64,000 nt of DNA from contig NC_068986.1 of the NCBI RefSeq assembly GCF_001194135.2, positions 10,764,788 to 10,828,787 of the forward strand, read 5' to 3'. Under the pieces are notes generated by a model, which saw only the letters and a list, made by a program, of their open reading frames with translations, ran no database searches and was not told the DNA's origin. The stretch is from Octopus bimaculoides (lineage: Eukaryota). The first letter of the stretch is position 1; each line of letters opens with the position of its first letter. Shown here one piece after another: positions 39,796 to 53,879 of this stretch. Both the position numbers and the translations under genes were made by a program.

Positions 39796-40460
39796 CTTTT
39801 AGAAACCTTGCCAGATTTAGATTGGAGCCTGGTGCAGCCTTCTGGCTTGCCAGTCCTCAGTCAAACCGTCCAACCCATGCCAGCATAGAAAGCAGATGTT
39901 AAACGATGATGATGGTGATGATGACTACTGTATGTTACTTTTATATCCTACACTATCACAGTGGGATATATAATACCACAGAACAGGGTATTCACCAACT
40001 GTCTCTACTCAATGTATTCCTAAATACTCTGCCAACAAATGTATATGCATGTGTGTGTATATATATATGTGTTGTTGTACTTGGGGACGGTCATATTGCC
40101 AGTTTAGCCAATAAAAACACACGCACTGTATATTTGGTGTTAATTTGCTTCAGCTTTATATTACATTAATCTTAATCTTATTTCGGCCAGAGTTCTTTCG
40201 TCACACTTCTGTGACCTCATCAGTGGTCCTTTGTTTCCTTCTTTCTTATGTGTGTCTCACCTTGCTAACTATCAGCCATTTTCTATTTTGTATTCCTATT
40301 GTATGTGTCTACGCATGCGTTTCAATGTGTCTATGTCTTTTGTAAGTGCATGTGTATGGGGAGTGTCTGTATCATCTATATTCTCTGTTAATACGTGTTC
40401 GTTTGTATTTGTTTTTATTTATTTATTTGTTCATGTGTGTTTTTTTTGTGTTTCTTTTAA

Positions 40461-40502
<42 letters not shown>

Positions 40503-41595
40503 ATATATATATATACATGCATATATAAATACATATATGTACATACATGTATACATATACATATATATATGCATATGTGGGCACAGGACGTCATGAAACA
40601 TGTACAACAAAAAAATACGAAGTACAATTACATGGAATATGAATTATTTTTTCGAACAACGAAAGACACAAATGGAAAACGACCCTTCTTCAGTTGTTGG
40701 CTGTTTTTCTAGTCTCGTATTTCGAGCATTTAACAACAATATACGCTTTTGATAAAACAGTTGCTCCCGCAAAGCAAATTAAATAAAATTTGGGATTTTG
40801 CGGAAAGTCAAAATAGGTAACACAAACAGGACAGTGAAAACAAACAGGAAGGACTGCTAAGCCTAAACGAAGTTGTGGTGGCAAATGTGTGAATCAAGCT
40901 AGAACAGGAGACAAACAAGAACACCATAGTTATTTGTTTCTGTTGAGAGAAAGTGGTACTGTGCTTATTACTCTAAACTTATGCAACATTTTGCATTTTT
41001 CTCTCACTGTCATCTTTCTGCTTTGTTAATGTTGTAGAACAGAGTGCAACTCCTAGTACTATTGTTGCCTGTATGTAGAGTATGCCAAAGTCATAGAATC
41101 CAATGGTTGGCTTTATCTGATGCTCTCTACTTTAATTAGAAACAAAAATGTGGTTCCAAATTAGTGTTTCAGGCTGTGTTAAGGATTATAGTTGTTCATT
41201 GATTATAGTGTATGAGTAGTTTATGGAAAGAAGTTCTACAAATCCAATTATATTTGTCAAAAATGGAGGAGATAAGATGTTAAAAAGTTGTAAGAAATGT
41301 ATTCATGCATACAATCGTTTCGTACATAGATATAAATTCATTTTAGAATTTCCAAATATCAAAGTACTCATCAGGGCAGAGAAAAAGTAATAGGAACTTA
41401 AAAAAAGAGCAGAGAAGTTGGATCAATGAGTTTCATGGTTATCTGTTCTTATCTATGTGTGATAGAAATGGGAGTCATGTCAAGTACATATGTATGTATG
41501 TGTACATATATATACATGTATATATATTTCTATAAATATATATATATGTATGTATATATAAGTATTATAATATCCTAACTGTATATACACACACA

Positions 41596-41645
<50 letters not shown>

Positions 41646-42176
41646 TGCATATATGCACACACATATATACACACACACTTATATTTATACATACACATAC
41701 ACATTTAAAAGTATGTGTGTATATTTATATATATATATCTCACTCTCCTTTTGCATTCCAATGAACTTACCCACCCACTCATCATATCCAATCCTCTCTA
41801 CCACTTCCCTTATCTTCCCCTCTCTGTAATTCAAGCCCCCCCCCAACATCTTCACTACCATCTCCTCTCCCTCCCACACTCTCTTTTTCTTCTCTACAGC
41901 CAGACACCTGTTCTTGCCCCTCTATTGTACTTTCTATTCTCAACCCTTGGCACAAAGTTACCCCCACTGCATTACTCTCAATTGAAAGTTCTCATCTTAC
42001 TTGTTACATGGTAACTTCAATGTTGCTGGGATTACATAAAAGTGGTTGGCATTAGGAAGGGCTATCAGCCATGGAAACCATGCCACAACAGATAGTAAAG
42101 CTTGGTGCAGTCCTCTGGTTTACCAGCTCCTGTTAAGTCACCCGACCCATACCACGGAAAACATTAAATAGTGATA

Positions 42177-42209
<33 letters not shown>

Positions 42210-42720
42210 GATATATATATATAGATATATATATATATATATATATAGATATATATATAGATATATATATANNNNNNNNNNNNNNNNNNNNNNNNNNNNN
42301 NNNNNNNNNNNNNNNNNNNNNNNNNNNNNNNNNNNNNNNNNNNNNNNNNNNNNNNNNNNNNNNNNNNNNNNNNNNNNNNNNNNNNNNNNNNNNNNNNNNN
42401 NNNNNNNNNNNNNNNNNNNNNNNNNNNNNNNNNNNNNNNNNNNNNNNNNNNNNNNNNNNNNNNNNNNNNNNNNNNNNNNNNNNNNNNNNNNNNNNNNNNN
42501 NNNNNNNNNNNNNNNNNNNNNNNNNNNNNNNNNNNNNNNNNNNNNNNNNNNNNNNNNNNNNNNNNNNNNNNNNNNNNNNNNNNNNNNNNNNNNNNNNNNN
42601 NNNNNNNNNNNNNNNNNNNNNNNNNNNNNNNNNNNNNNNNNNNNNNNNNNNNNNNNNNNNNNNNNNNNNNNNNNNNNNNNNNNNNNNNNNNNNNNNNNNN
42701 NNNNNNNNNNNNNNNNNNNN

Positions 42721-42881
42721 ACTCTCTGAGTGGTTGGCGTTAGGAAGGGCATCCAGCTGTAGAAACTCTGCCAAATTAGATTGGAGCCTGGTGTTGCCAT
42801 CCGGTTTCACCAGTCCTCAGTCAAATCGTCCAACCCATGCTAGCATGGAAAGCGGACGTTAAACGATGATGATGATGATGA

Positions 42882-42885
<4 letters not shown>
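42721..42885 (+). mobile_element. SINE-like family C (young subfamily)
   Basis: nearly identical to the reverse complement of 53885-54040. Confidence 0.85.
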
Positions 42886-42921
<36 letters not shown>

Positions 42922-43604
42922 GGAGTTAAATGCAGGTGTTATTCAAATTCTTTACAAACAGGGTGTTATGTCCTTATTACTTGTGTGATTTTTTGCTGCC
43001 CTGGTAACTGTTTATTTTTACCATGTTAATTGTAAACAAGGGGAAAATACATCCATTTATATACATATATATATATATATATTATATACATACATCTACA
43101 CACATGTGTGTGTGTATGTAGATGTGTGCTTCATGGAGGTGTCACAGGTGATGGTGCTATGAAGAAGTACCAAGAACAAGCTAAAAATAGACGTTGCTAA
43201 GAAATGCATTAAGCTGTAGAAAACATACAAAGTAGATGCTGGGGTTCACTGCTGCCTTGCAGCTTGCCGGGTCTTGTCAAACCATCCAACCCATACCAAC
43301 ATGGAGAACAGGCATTAAATGACGGTGATATATACACAAAATCAATGAATTCATATATACATACATACATACATACATACATACATACACATGCACAAAT
43401 ACACATTTGTGCATGTGAGAAGAGGGCCGATAGATTCATCTAAAAGATACAGTAATTTAAGAGATGGAAGGGCAAGAAAGAGTAAAATAATTCTGGGAAT
43501 AATTATTCAAATTGTTTCAATTTTTTGTCTTTCTGTAATTATTAATGAAGAAAATTTATTTGTTATTACTAAAATTATAATATATATTGGCAAGTGAAAT
43601 CAAC

Positions 43605-44052
43605 TAAATTCGATGACTGGCACCCGTGCCAACGTCGTCTCCTTCATTGGACACGAAACTCAGCTTGCGAAAACTTATTGAGGCAAGCGAAAGTGAAATC
43701 GGGATAGCACCTGTGCCCAGCGTCGCCTTTCTGGCACTTGTGCCCATGACATGTGTAAGGATTTTCGAACGAGATCATTGCCAGTGCCCCCTGGACTGGC
43801 TCTTGTGCGGGTGGCACATAAAATACACCAGTTTGAGCGTGGCCGTTGCCAGTACCGCCTGACTGGCCTTCGTGCGGGTGACACGTAAAAGCACCCACTA
43901 CACTCTGAGTGGTTGGCATTAGGAAGAGCATCCAGCTGTAGAAACTCTCCCAAATCAGATTGGATCCTGGTGTTGCCATCCAGTTTCACCAGTCCTCAGT
44001 CAAATCATCCAGCCCATGCTAGCATGGAAAGCGGACATTAAACGATGATGAT
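43605..44052 (+). mobile_element. SINE-like family C, longest copy with extra 5' sequence
   Basis: CpG-retaining 5' extension, two internal units, core, (GAT)n. Confidence 0.8.
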
Positions 44053-44379
44053 ATTACTAATGTTAAAATGATTGTAAGAATAAATATGTTGTTCTATAAG
44101 TGGTGAATTTGCATCTTGAAATCCTAATTGTCCTCACTGGGTCATAGTATGTTAAATGTGTGTGCGTGCGTGCGTGCGTGCGTGCGTTAGATTCACACAC
44201 ACAACATATGAATGTAATTTGAATGTTTCTTTAAATAAATAACTTTTTGAAATAAGCTCTCGGGAGATTGTTGAAACAATCTCTACATGGAGTTCATGAA
44301 ATCAATTTTACTATAAACTACTGAAGAAGCAGAGGATATTTTGGGCTAAGTCTGATTTTTTATGTCTCCTGTTTTTTTC

Positions 44380-45120
44380 AGGAACAGCTTGATGTAGTGG
44401 TGAAAAGTCCACAGCATTGGAGAACATAAGGATTGAAGTTGTAGATGAGAAAAAAGTTAGCTGACATGAAGAACTGGAAGTCATCTGAATATTGGAAAGG
44501 AGTTACCTGTATCATTATGATTGGAGCTGGATATCAAAATGCCCACAACCTGACTGTTGCTCAATGCTCTGTGACCACTGCAAAGGACGGCAGACATGAC
44601 ATGGACAGCTGCTGCAAAGGAGACTATGAAGCTGTAACCAGCAGTAAGGAACACAGCAGGTGTACCGACTGCACCTAATATGCTGGAATTCATCCCCATA
44701 TATTCTGACATGGCCTTCAATTCAGATGGTTATGTGAAGCTGTTGGAGACTGTGGTGGTCAAACTTTGGCCGGAGAGAGTTGCTACTAGAAGGCCATATG
44801 TAGCGGCAGCAGGATTCAACTCCTAGCCATCCCTCAAAAAAGAGTAAGAAGTGGTTGTCAGAGACTTTCAATGGTTTCACCAGCCCCAATTTCTGGCACC
44901 CTAGTTTCCCTGATTGAAATACCCTGGATTATTATGTGTGGGGTGCAATTGAGAAAGACACCAACCACTCTGCCTGCAAGCCCAAGGCTGAGCAAATGTT
45001 CAAAGATCTTCCTAGGGGCACAGTGAGGAATGCATGGACCAGATTCCAGAGTTGTCTTGAACCTTTGGTGAAAGCTGAAAGTGGCCATTTTGAGTAAACT
45101 GCCATCTCCCAGTCATATAT
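44380..45120 (+). mobile_element. decayed Tc1/mariner transposase fragment
   Basis: remnants of RPYV.QQDS.P.H and W.P..PD.N.LDYYVWGAIE with stops and frameshifts. Confidence 0.75.
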
Positions 45121-46484
45121 TTGATACTTTCTGATATTTTAAAATATTTTAATTTTGGGACGAGATATTGTTTTCTTTTTTTCTTTTTTTGGATGGAATA
45201 TTGTGTTTGTTTTTCCTTTTATGCAAACTGTGAAACTTAGCCCAAACATCCTATAATATGTATTTACAGTTCTTTGTTATTTCCAGTTGGTTTTCTGACA
45301 TTGTGTTCTACGCAGACAAGAAGACAAGATCATGTAACTAACGACAAGCATGCAAACATTCCAGCCTTTATCCAAGGCAATAACAGGAATACAGCCTGTT
45401 GTTGTTGTTGTTGTGGTGGTGGTGGTGGTGGTGGTGGTGGTAGTGTTTTGTTCTATGGTGAAAAGAATCTCCTATGAATATAGACAATAATTCACAAGAG
45501 ACCATTTTATCTGGATGTTCTCTGCAGATACAAGATTATTTCTTTTGAACAGGTATGTTCTTGACTTTTCATTAGCAACATTGCTCCAATTAATGTTGCA
45601 AACACATACACATTCATTATTACAGACACTATCTTATCTGCACCAAACACATTAACACTCCCCCACCTACCCACCCACTAACACACTTGTTGATGTAGCA
45701 AATCTACACTAATACATGAAGCATTGTGAAATATATGCACACACACACACACACACACACACTTGCTATGCATATCTAAAACACAGACATACACCAATAT
45801 ACAAATTGATGTGACATTCTCACAAAACATACATAACAGTTTCCACCCCCCACCCTCNNNNNNNNNNNNNNNNNNNNNNNNNNNNNNNNNNNNNNNNNNN
45901 NNNNNNNNNNNNNNNNNNNNNNNNNNNNNNNNNNNNNNNNNNNNNNNNNNNNNNNNNNNNNNNNNNNNNNNNNNNNNNNNNNNNNNNNNNNNNNNNNNNN
46001 NNNNNNNNNNNNNNNNNNNNNNNNNNNNNNNNNNNNNNNNNNNNNNNNNNNNNNNNNNNNNNNNNNNNNNNNNNNNNNNNNNNNNNNNNNNNCAGCTTAT
46101 TGATGAATGCATTATCATCAATGAGCCAGTGGGTAGATGTGGCAGCAACACCGTCGCCATCACCAGCGCCGCCGCCACTGCTACCACCACCACCACTATT
46201 TTATGCAAAACTTTACATTTTATTATGTTAATTCTCTCTGAATGCTGGATAGTACGCCATTCTTCAACTTCAAAAGCACTGATTTTCAGATGAAGATATC
46301 TAACAATTACAGAGGGAGGGAGAGGGAGAGAGGGGCAGGGAGGAGAGGAAAGATGCATGAGAAAAGAGAAAGAAATGGTTGCAAAATATTAATCTGTGAA
46401 GTGATTTTTAGTTTGTACCAGAAGAATTATTGGGGTGAAGATGGTTGACAACTTTTGTTCACAATATCTAAGGATCTAAAGGTG

Positions 46485-46692
46485 GTGAGCTGGCAGAAAT
46501 GTTAGCACGCTAGGCAAAATGCTTAGCAGTATTTCGTCTGCCTTTACATTCTGAGTTCAAATTCCACCAAGGTCGACTTTGCCTTTCATCCTTTAGGGTC
46601 AATAAATTAAGTACCAGTTGCATACTGAGTCGACCTAATCGACTGGCCCTCACCCCAAAAATTTCGAGCCTTGGGCCTAGAGTAGAAAAGAA
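46485..46692 (+). mobile_element. SINE family B
   Basis: GAGTTCAAATTCCACCAAGGTCGACTTTGCCTTTCATCCTTTAGGGTCAATAAATTAAGTACCAGT. Confidence 0.7.
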
Positions 46693-47059
46693 AAAATATA
46701 TATATATATCTAAGCATTTATAAAATTGATACCGAGTAAAGCATGCTTATGTTTAATGTACCTATAACCTACTCGGCTTATTTTCCTAATTTCCTCCAAA
46801 CTGTAACATTAAAGATGTCAGAAGAATAGCTGAACCTTTTGACCCAGCCATTCTACTTCCATCATCATTATAATCATTCAACATTTGTCTTCCATGTCGG
46901 CATGGGTTGAACAGTTTGACAGGGGCTGGCAAGCCACTGAGCTGCACCAGGTTCTGTAGTCTAATTTGGCATGGTTTCTACAGCTGGATGCCGTTCTTAA
47001 CCCCAACTACTTTACAGAAAGTACTGGTTGCCTTTTAGCATCTACATTCCTGACTGGCA

Positions 47060-48078
47060 TTCTTACAGTGATGTCCTCGTCTGATCCACCTGATTTGCTG
47101 ATCTTGCTCCCAGGATAGACAAACTCACTAACGTCCTCCACAGGTGCCCCCTCAGTTGTGATTGGCTCTTCCTGCTTGTTGTTGATATGCAGCTCTTTTG
47201 TTTTTTCCTGGCTGATCCTCAAGCCCACTCGCCGTGAAGTTTCTCTCAGCTGGTCTACTTTATCTTGCATGTCTTGCAGGTGATCTGACAGTAGCGCGAG
47301 ATCATCTGCGTAGTCCAAGTCCTCCACCTTGTACATCAGTGTCCACTGAATACCTTTCCCAGAGGTAGCGTACGCCGTTCTGGTGACCCAGTCCAGCAGA
47401 CAAGGAACAGGAGCGGTGACAACAAACAGCCCTGTCTGATTCCCGTGTTGACCCTGAATTTCTCTGACAATCTCCCAGCATGGATGACCTGGCAAGAAAA
47501 CTCCTCGTAAAGTAATCGAATAATGCCCATTATCTTCTCTGGCACACCATAATGTTGTAAGATGTCCCAGATTGTCTGCCTGTCTACGCTGTCAAATGCT
47601 ATTCTTCGGCCGGTATGGAACTCGAACTAAACTCTGCATATTTAGTTCAAACGTAAAATCTGTGCTTTTGTATGGCTCTGAAACATAGAGAGCCGCCTGC
47701 AGCAACTACAAGATCCAGACCTTCATCAACAAATGTCTCCGGCAAATCCTCTATCTGAAGTGGTTCGACAGAGTGCTAAACACCGACCTGTGGGAAAAGG
47801 TCAACCAGGAGCCCATAAATGTTCAGATTGGACAAAGGAAATGGAGATGGATCGGGGACACACTGCGGAAAGAAACCGCAAATGTGACATGACAAGCACT
47901 TGACTGGAACCCGCAGGGGAAAAGGAGGCGAAGATGCCCGAAGCAGACATGGAAGCTGAGTATTTTGGATGAGCTCAGGACCACCGACCTGACATGGGAA
48001 ATACGCCAATGACCACAAAAAGTGGAAAACAACTGTTGAGGCCCTATGCTCCACAAGGGGCAAAAAGGATTAAGAGAG
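47060..48078. mobile_element. 5'-truncated, 5'-inverted RTE LINE with 14-bp TSD
   Basis: minus 47600->47060: AFDSVDR...GIRQGCLLSPLLF...DLDYADDLALL...SDEDITVR; plus 47601-48078: ILRPVW...SNVKSVLLYGSE...3' end; TSD ATTCCTGACTGGCA at 47046-47059 and 48079-48092. Confidence 0.92.
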
Positions 48079-48092
48079 ATTCCTGACTGGCA

Positions 48093-48347
48093 CCCATGCC
48101 GGTGGCACGTTAAAAACATCATTTGAGCATGGTCAATGCCAATGCTGCCTGACTGGCCCCCATGCTGGTGGCAAGTAAAAGCACCCACTACATTCTCAGA
48201 GTGGTTGGCATTAGGAAGGGCATCCAGCTGTAGAAATTTACCAGATGAGATTGGAGCCTGGTACAGCCTCCTGGCTTGCCAGTCCTCAGTCAAACCATCC
48301 AACCCATGCCAGCATGGAAAGCAGATATTAAACAACAACGATGATGA
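48093..48347 (+). mobile_element. SINE-like family C (target of the RTE insertion)
   Basis: the TSD sequence continues into the family C unit; core and GATGAT tail. Confidence 0.8.
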
Positions 48348-49219
48348 TTCCATAAGTGGCCAGTAACTAACCAACTCAGGATTTTCACTCTGAGATATTT
48401 TATGACAGATTTCTGGCACAAAAATACAATACAGCATTTCTAGTTAAAGTATAAGGCTATTGGTGCAGCATTAACTTCATGATGGTGCTTGACAGAAAAG
48501 AAGATATGATAATTTGGTAAGTAATAATAGAACCCAGATGTGAATGGAAGAAATTGTTTGAGATATATAGGAACAGGCATGGCTGTGTGGTAAGAAGTTT
48601 GCTTCCCAATCACATGTTTCTGGGTTCAACTGCACAGCATGGCACCTTGGGCAAGTGTTTTCTACCATAGCTTCAGGTCAACCAAAACCTTGTGAGTAGG
48701 TCTGGTAGACAGACACTGAAAGAAGCTCATTGTATATACATATCTCTCTCTCTCTCTGTTTTTTTTTCTCCCATCATCACTTGACAACCAGTATTTGTTG
48801 TAACTTAGCGGTTCGGCCAAAAAGGAGACCAACTTAATGAGTGTTAGGCTTTAAAAAAAAAGTACTGGCATTGATTTGACCAGAAAACAAAAACAAAACT
48901 TCTTCAAGGCATTGCCCCTGCATGACCACAGTCTAATGACTGAAACAAACAAAGGATAAATGATATTGGTGCTTTATAAATGGGAAAGAAAAAGGTTTAG
49001 TACTCTCACAATTAACCATTTCGTTTTGCTTTAAGCACCAAAGGAAATGGTAAGTAAAACTAATCCAAGAGATGGTGTCTAAAATCTGAAGAAATGATTT
49101 TTTTTTTTTTTTTTAGGGCAGACATTTTGAAGGTGGGAAATTTCATGGAGGGTTCATTTCCTTTTCTCCTTATTGTCAAAGGGAGGGAGTTTATCAAAGA
49201 GTCATATTGTACACGGAGG

Positions 49220-49292
49220 ATATTACAATACATTCCATGGAGAAAGCAATTGTGAGAGGACAGAATTGTGACAATGGTGTTGTTGTTGTTGC

Positions 49293-49323
<31 letters not shown>

Positions 49324-49524
49324 GGTAGTTAAAATAGTGATGGTGGTGGTAGTGGTGGTTAAAGTGGAGGTGGTGGCGGTCAAATTGGAGGTGGTAGTGG
49401 TGGTGGTGGTGGTATAGTAAGCAGAAGGGTTGGAATGGGTGTTGAAGCACTGATGGTAATAGCAAGGGTTAATGGCGATGTTGTAGGGAAAAGGATTGAT
49501 GGGGGTACTAGAATTAGCAGCAGC

Positions 49525-49580
<56 letters not shown>

Positions 49581-49590
49581 GAATGAAGCA
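49220..49590. repeat. compound trinucleotide microsatellites (GTT, GGT, AAC)
   Basis: visible runs; they explain the poly-V/T/N/H ORFs here. Many other (TA)n, (CA)n, (GATA)n and (ATT)n tracts occur throughout. Confidence 0.95.
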
Positions 49591-50631
49591 GACGATGCCA
49601 GCTGTAACCAGCCAATCTTGGCTACATATGAAATATCTGTTGGGTAATATGTAATATGAACATAAAGGCAGAGCTGAAACATCACATTTGCTGGTAATTG
49701 CAGACAAATATACAAACCACAATCCTCACATCATCATCATCATTAACAGCATAAATAACTCTACATACTGTTCAATACGAGTAACAAAGGCTGCCGTGAT
49801 TAGGCATGCAAAGGGTGAATTCCTGGTTGTCTTCGTGCCCATGGTTGTAGCTGATATCGTTAATACATAAAAAGCAGCAGTACTGGGGTGGCATGTAAAA
49901 AGCACCCAGTCCACACTCTGTAGAGTGGTTGGCATTAGGAAGGGCATCCAGCTGTAGAAACCATGCCATAACAGACTATGGAACCTGGTGCAGCTCCTGA
50001 CCTTGCCAGTTCCTGTCAAATCACCCAACCCATGCCAGCATGGAAAACAAACATTAAATAACGATGATTATAAAGACACTATAGAAATGCATCATTCAAT
50101 GAAGAACCAAGAAATTATCTAATTTCCGTCCTTTGCAAATGGCTGGTTTATGAGCAATGCAAAAGAAGCAAGCATGGTTCCTCTCCTTCAACTCCATCAG
50201 CAAAGTTTATTATCTTCAAAAGTTTACAGTTTATTATTCTCAAGAGGTGGCCACCTGCAAGGTGAACTCAAATGATTTATATTGCCCATTCTATCACAAT
50301 TCTTGATCTTGTGTTGATGCAACAGATTCTTTGACCAGCAATTCTCTCTCAGAAGTTCCAGGCAACCAAAAATCAGCCAAGCATATCCATCTGATAACAA
50401 CCTCAACCCTGAACTGATCAAGACAGCCTCTTAAATTTTTAAGAGATTTATAGGAATACAGATCCCTAAAGTTACATACCAGCATCAATGGTAAAGTAAA
50501 TGTTACCAATATTATTCACTCTTCAAGATCTGAAACAGAACCAGGTGCTTTTTTTTTTTTTTCTAGCCAGCAGACACAGTCACAGTGTCTGTTCATTAAC
50601 TAAGTCATTAATTAATAATTTAAGTAAGGTA

Positions 50632-51062
50632 ACAAGCTGGCAGAATCGTTAGCCAGGCAAAATGCTTTGCGGCATTTTGTCTGTCCTTATGTTCTAAGCT
50701 CACATTCAGCTGAGGCAGACTTTGCCTTTCATACTTTCGGGGTCAATAAAGTAAGTACCAGTTGCATACCGGGGGTCAATGTAATTGACTTACCCCTCCC
50801 CAAAAATTGTTGGCTTTGTGCCAGAATTTGAAACCATTATTATCCGAGGTAGTGAGCTGACAGAATCGTTAGAATACCAGACAAAATGCATAGCAGCATT
50901 TTGTCCATTTTTATGTTCTGAGTTCAAATCCCACCGAGGTCAACTTTGCCTTTCATCCTTTAAAGGGGTCAATAAAATGAATACCAGTTGCATACTGGAG
51001 TCAATGTAATCAACTTAGTCCTTTCCCTGAAATTGCTGACTTTCAGTCAAAGTTTCAAACCA
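50632..51062 (+). mobile_element. two tandem SINE family B copies
   Basis: the GACTTTGCCTTTCAT...GGGGTCAATAAA...TACCAGTTGCATAC core occurs twice. Confidence 0.7.
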
Positions 51063-51407
51063 ATAATTGAAGTCCTTCAATCCTGTGATTAACTTTTGGG
51101 AAAATCCCTGATCCAGTGAGAGGAGTTAAGCTGATAATTCTTGTAATTGGTAAAGCCCTAATTATTGTATCGAATTATCGAATTAGTTTGCTTTGTTAGT
51201 ACAGCATTAATTATTTGATAGGAAAAAGAAATAAGTGAAACAGAACTTTGAAAAGCATAGATCAATTCTGACATCAGAATAGAAAGTTTTAGCAGAGATT
51301 AATCATAAATATGAAAATATTCATATTTTTTATATTTTATTACATAAATATTTATAATAAATAGCTATAAATTTTTACATTTTATTACAGGTTTATTAAT
51401 ATGAATC

Positions 51408-51444
<37 letters not shown>

Positions 51445-52194
51445 CAGCAGAAGTTACAAAATGACTCAAGAGCCGAGAGTTTTGTGCACAAAACTCGATA
51501 CTGGAATCACTTTCTAACTTTTACCAATTAAAAAAAAATAAATAATTAAAAAAATATTTTTAATTATATAAATATTTACATTATTCATATAAATTTGAAA
51601 GTATTTAACAGAGATTAGCATAGATCTGAAAATGCATATAAAACAAAACAAAATTATTGTTGCTTGTTATGAAGGAGTAGTGGTAGCAGGAGAAATGCAT
51701 CTGAAGGAGAAGCCAACTTACCTGAAATAAGCGCGAATCTGATACATAAAAAATGCTTTTCCTTCTTTTATGTACATGCAGTTGTGTATTACAACTATAA
51801 ATATTCATCTGTAGATAAAACATTAGGGCAGTTTATAATTCAGTACCTTTTTTTTATGCAGTTATGACAACTCTTATGACATAGCAAGTGTTAGTGAGTT
51901 GTTAGTTTAATATAAAAATCCAAGCATAAAAAGGCTTTGTTTTTTATATTTGTATCTCACAGCATTTATATGTTTAGACCTCTGCATGTAAAGAAAGTTC
52001 TATAAATAGTTGTGTATATAATATGCTGCCCCAGTATGGCTGCAGTCCAATGACTGAAACTAGTAAATGGTAATATATGTATCTAGCTTTGCTCTGTCCT
52101 TTCAGGGTCAATAAAGTACTCAAATAACGGGGTAGGTGTAATCAACTAAGATCCTCACCTCAAAATGCTGGCCTTGTGCCAAAATTATTATTAT

Positions 52195-52247
<53 letters not shown>

Positions 52248-52562
52248 TCACTAGTAATGGTCTAGAGTGAATGGCCCTGCTCCAAGTATGCACCTGTAGA
52301 CTGGAGAGCAGGAGAGAGGGCTCATCTCTTTGGTGGTCAGAATAATCTTGGATCTGTGTGGTTCCTTGATTGGCCCAAGTTGGAGTTTCTTTTGTATCAG
52401 AAGGACTACATCAATCATGTTATCACACACTTTGTATACTTTAATCGCATTTCGGTGTCTTTTTCTATTTCTTTCTCCTCAAACTTTATGCAAATCCCCA
52501 CAGAAATTATTGTCTGTCTTTGTGATGTCCCCTTCATTTATTCATGTCCCAGTGGCTAATAA

Positions 52563-52599
<37 letters not shown>

Positions 52600-52942
52600 T
52601 ATCATTACTACTGAGTACCAATCAAGTACTGGGAACGGCGTAATTGATTAGCCCTGCCTTCACCCTGAAATTACTGGCTTTGTGCCAAAATTTGAAAATT
52701 ATCATCATCATGGTGGTAAGCAGGCAGAATCTTTACTCTGCTGGACAAAATGCTTAGCATTTTCCTTTTTGGTTTTGGGTTCTGTGTTCAAATGTTGCCA
52801 AGGTCAACTTTGCCTTTCATCCTTTCAGAGGTTGATAGATTAAATACCAGTGACGCACTGGGGTTGATGTGATCGACTATCCCCCTCCTCACAAATCCCA
52901 GGCCTTGTGCCTATTGTAGAAATGATGATGATGATGATGATG

Positions 52943-53044
<102 letters not shown>

Positions 53045-53879
53045 NNNNNNNNNNNNNNNNNNNNNNNNNNNNNNNNNNNNNNNNNNNNNNNNNNNNNNNN
53101 NNNNNNNNNNNNNNNNNNNNNNNNNNNNNNNNNNNNNNNNNNNNNNNNNNNNNNNNNNNNNNNNNNNNNNNNNNNNNNNNNNNNNNNNNNNNNNNNNNNN
53201 NNNNNNNNNNNNNNNNNNNNNNNNNNNNNNNNNNNNNNNNNNNNNNNNNNNNNNNNNNNNNNNNNNNNNNNNNNNNNNNNNNNNNNNNNNNNNNNNNNNN
53301 NNNNNNNNNNNNNNNNNNNNNNNNNNNNNNNNNNNNNNNNNNNNNNNNNNNNNNNNNNNNNNNNNNNNNNGGGGCTGATGTATAGACTTGCCCATGCCCT
53401 TGAAATTCATGGTATTGTGCCAAAATTTGGAATCCATTATTACAAGTATTAAAGGCAGCAAGCTGGCAGAATTGTTAGCACATTCAGAGTTCAAATACCG
53501 CCATGGTCGACTTTACTTTTTATCTATTTGGGGTCGACGAAATAAGTACCATTTGAACACTGGTGTCAATAAAATTGACTAGCCCCCTCCCCAAAAAATT
53601 TCAGGCCTTAAGCTTATAGAAGACAGGATTATCGTTGTTATTATTATTACTATTATTATTATTATTATTATTATTACTATTATTATTATTATTAATAGCA
53701 GTAGTAGTAATATTATTATATGAAATCTCACAGCTTACTTTACTGGGTATGATGGAACGTGTCAGCTGTCCGCAACCGGCAGACTAAGGTGACACTCGTT
53801 CACTGGTCATGCTTCAAGAACCCTGCAGCAAAGAATTCTTGCAGTCCCAAGCAATGGTATTATTAGTATTATCAATATA

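Noticed and set aside
40676-40740. CTGAAGA and GAAA on the minus strand as a possible type II hammerhead
   Set aside because: Stems I and III cannot be formed convincingly.
49060-49722. 220-aa ORF rich in V/T/N/H
   Set aside because: Translation of trinucleotide microsatellites; no domain signal.
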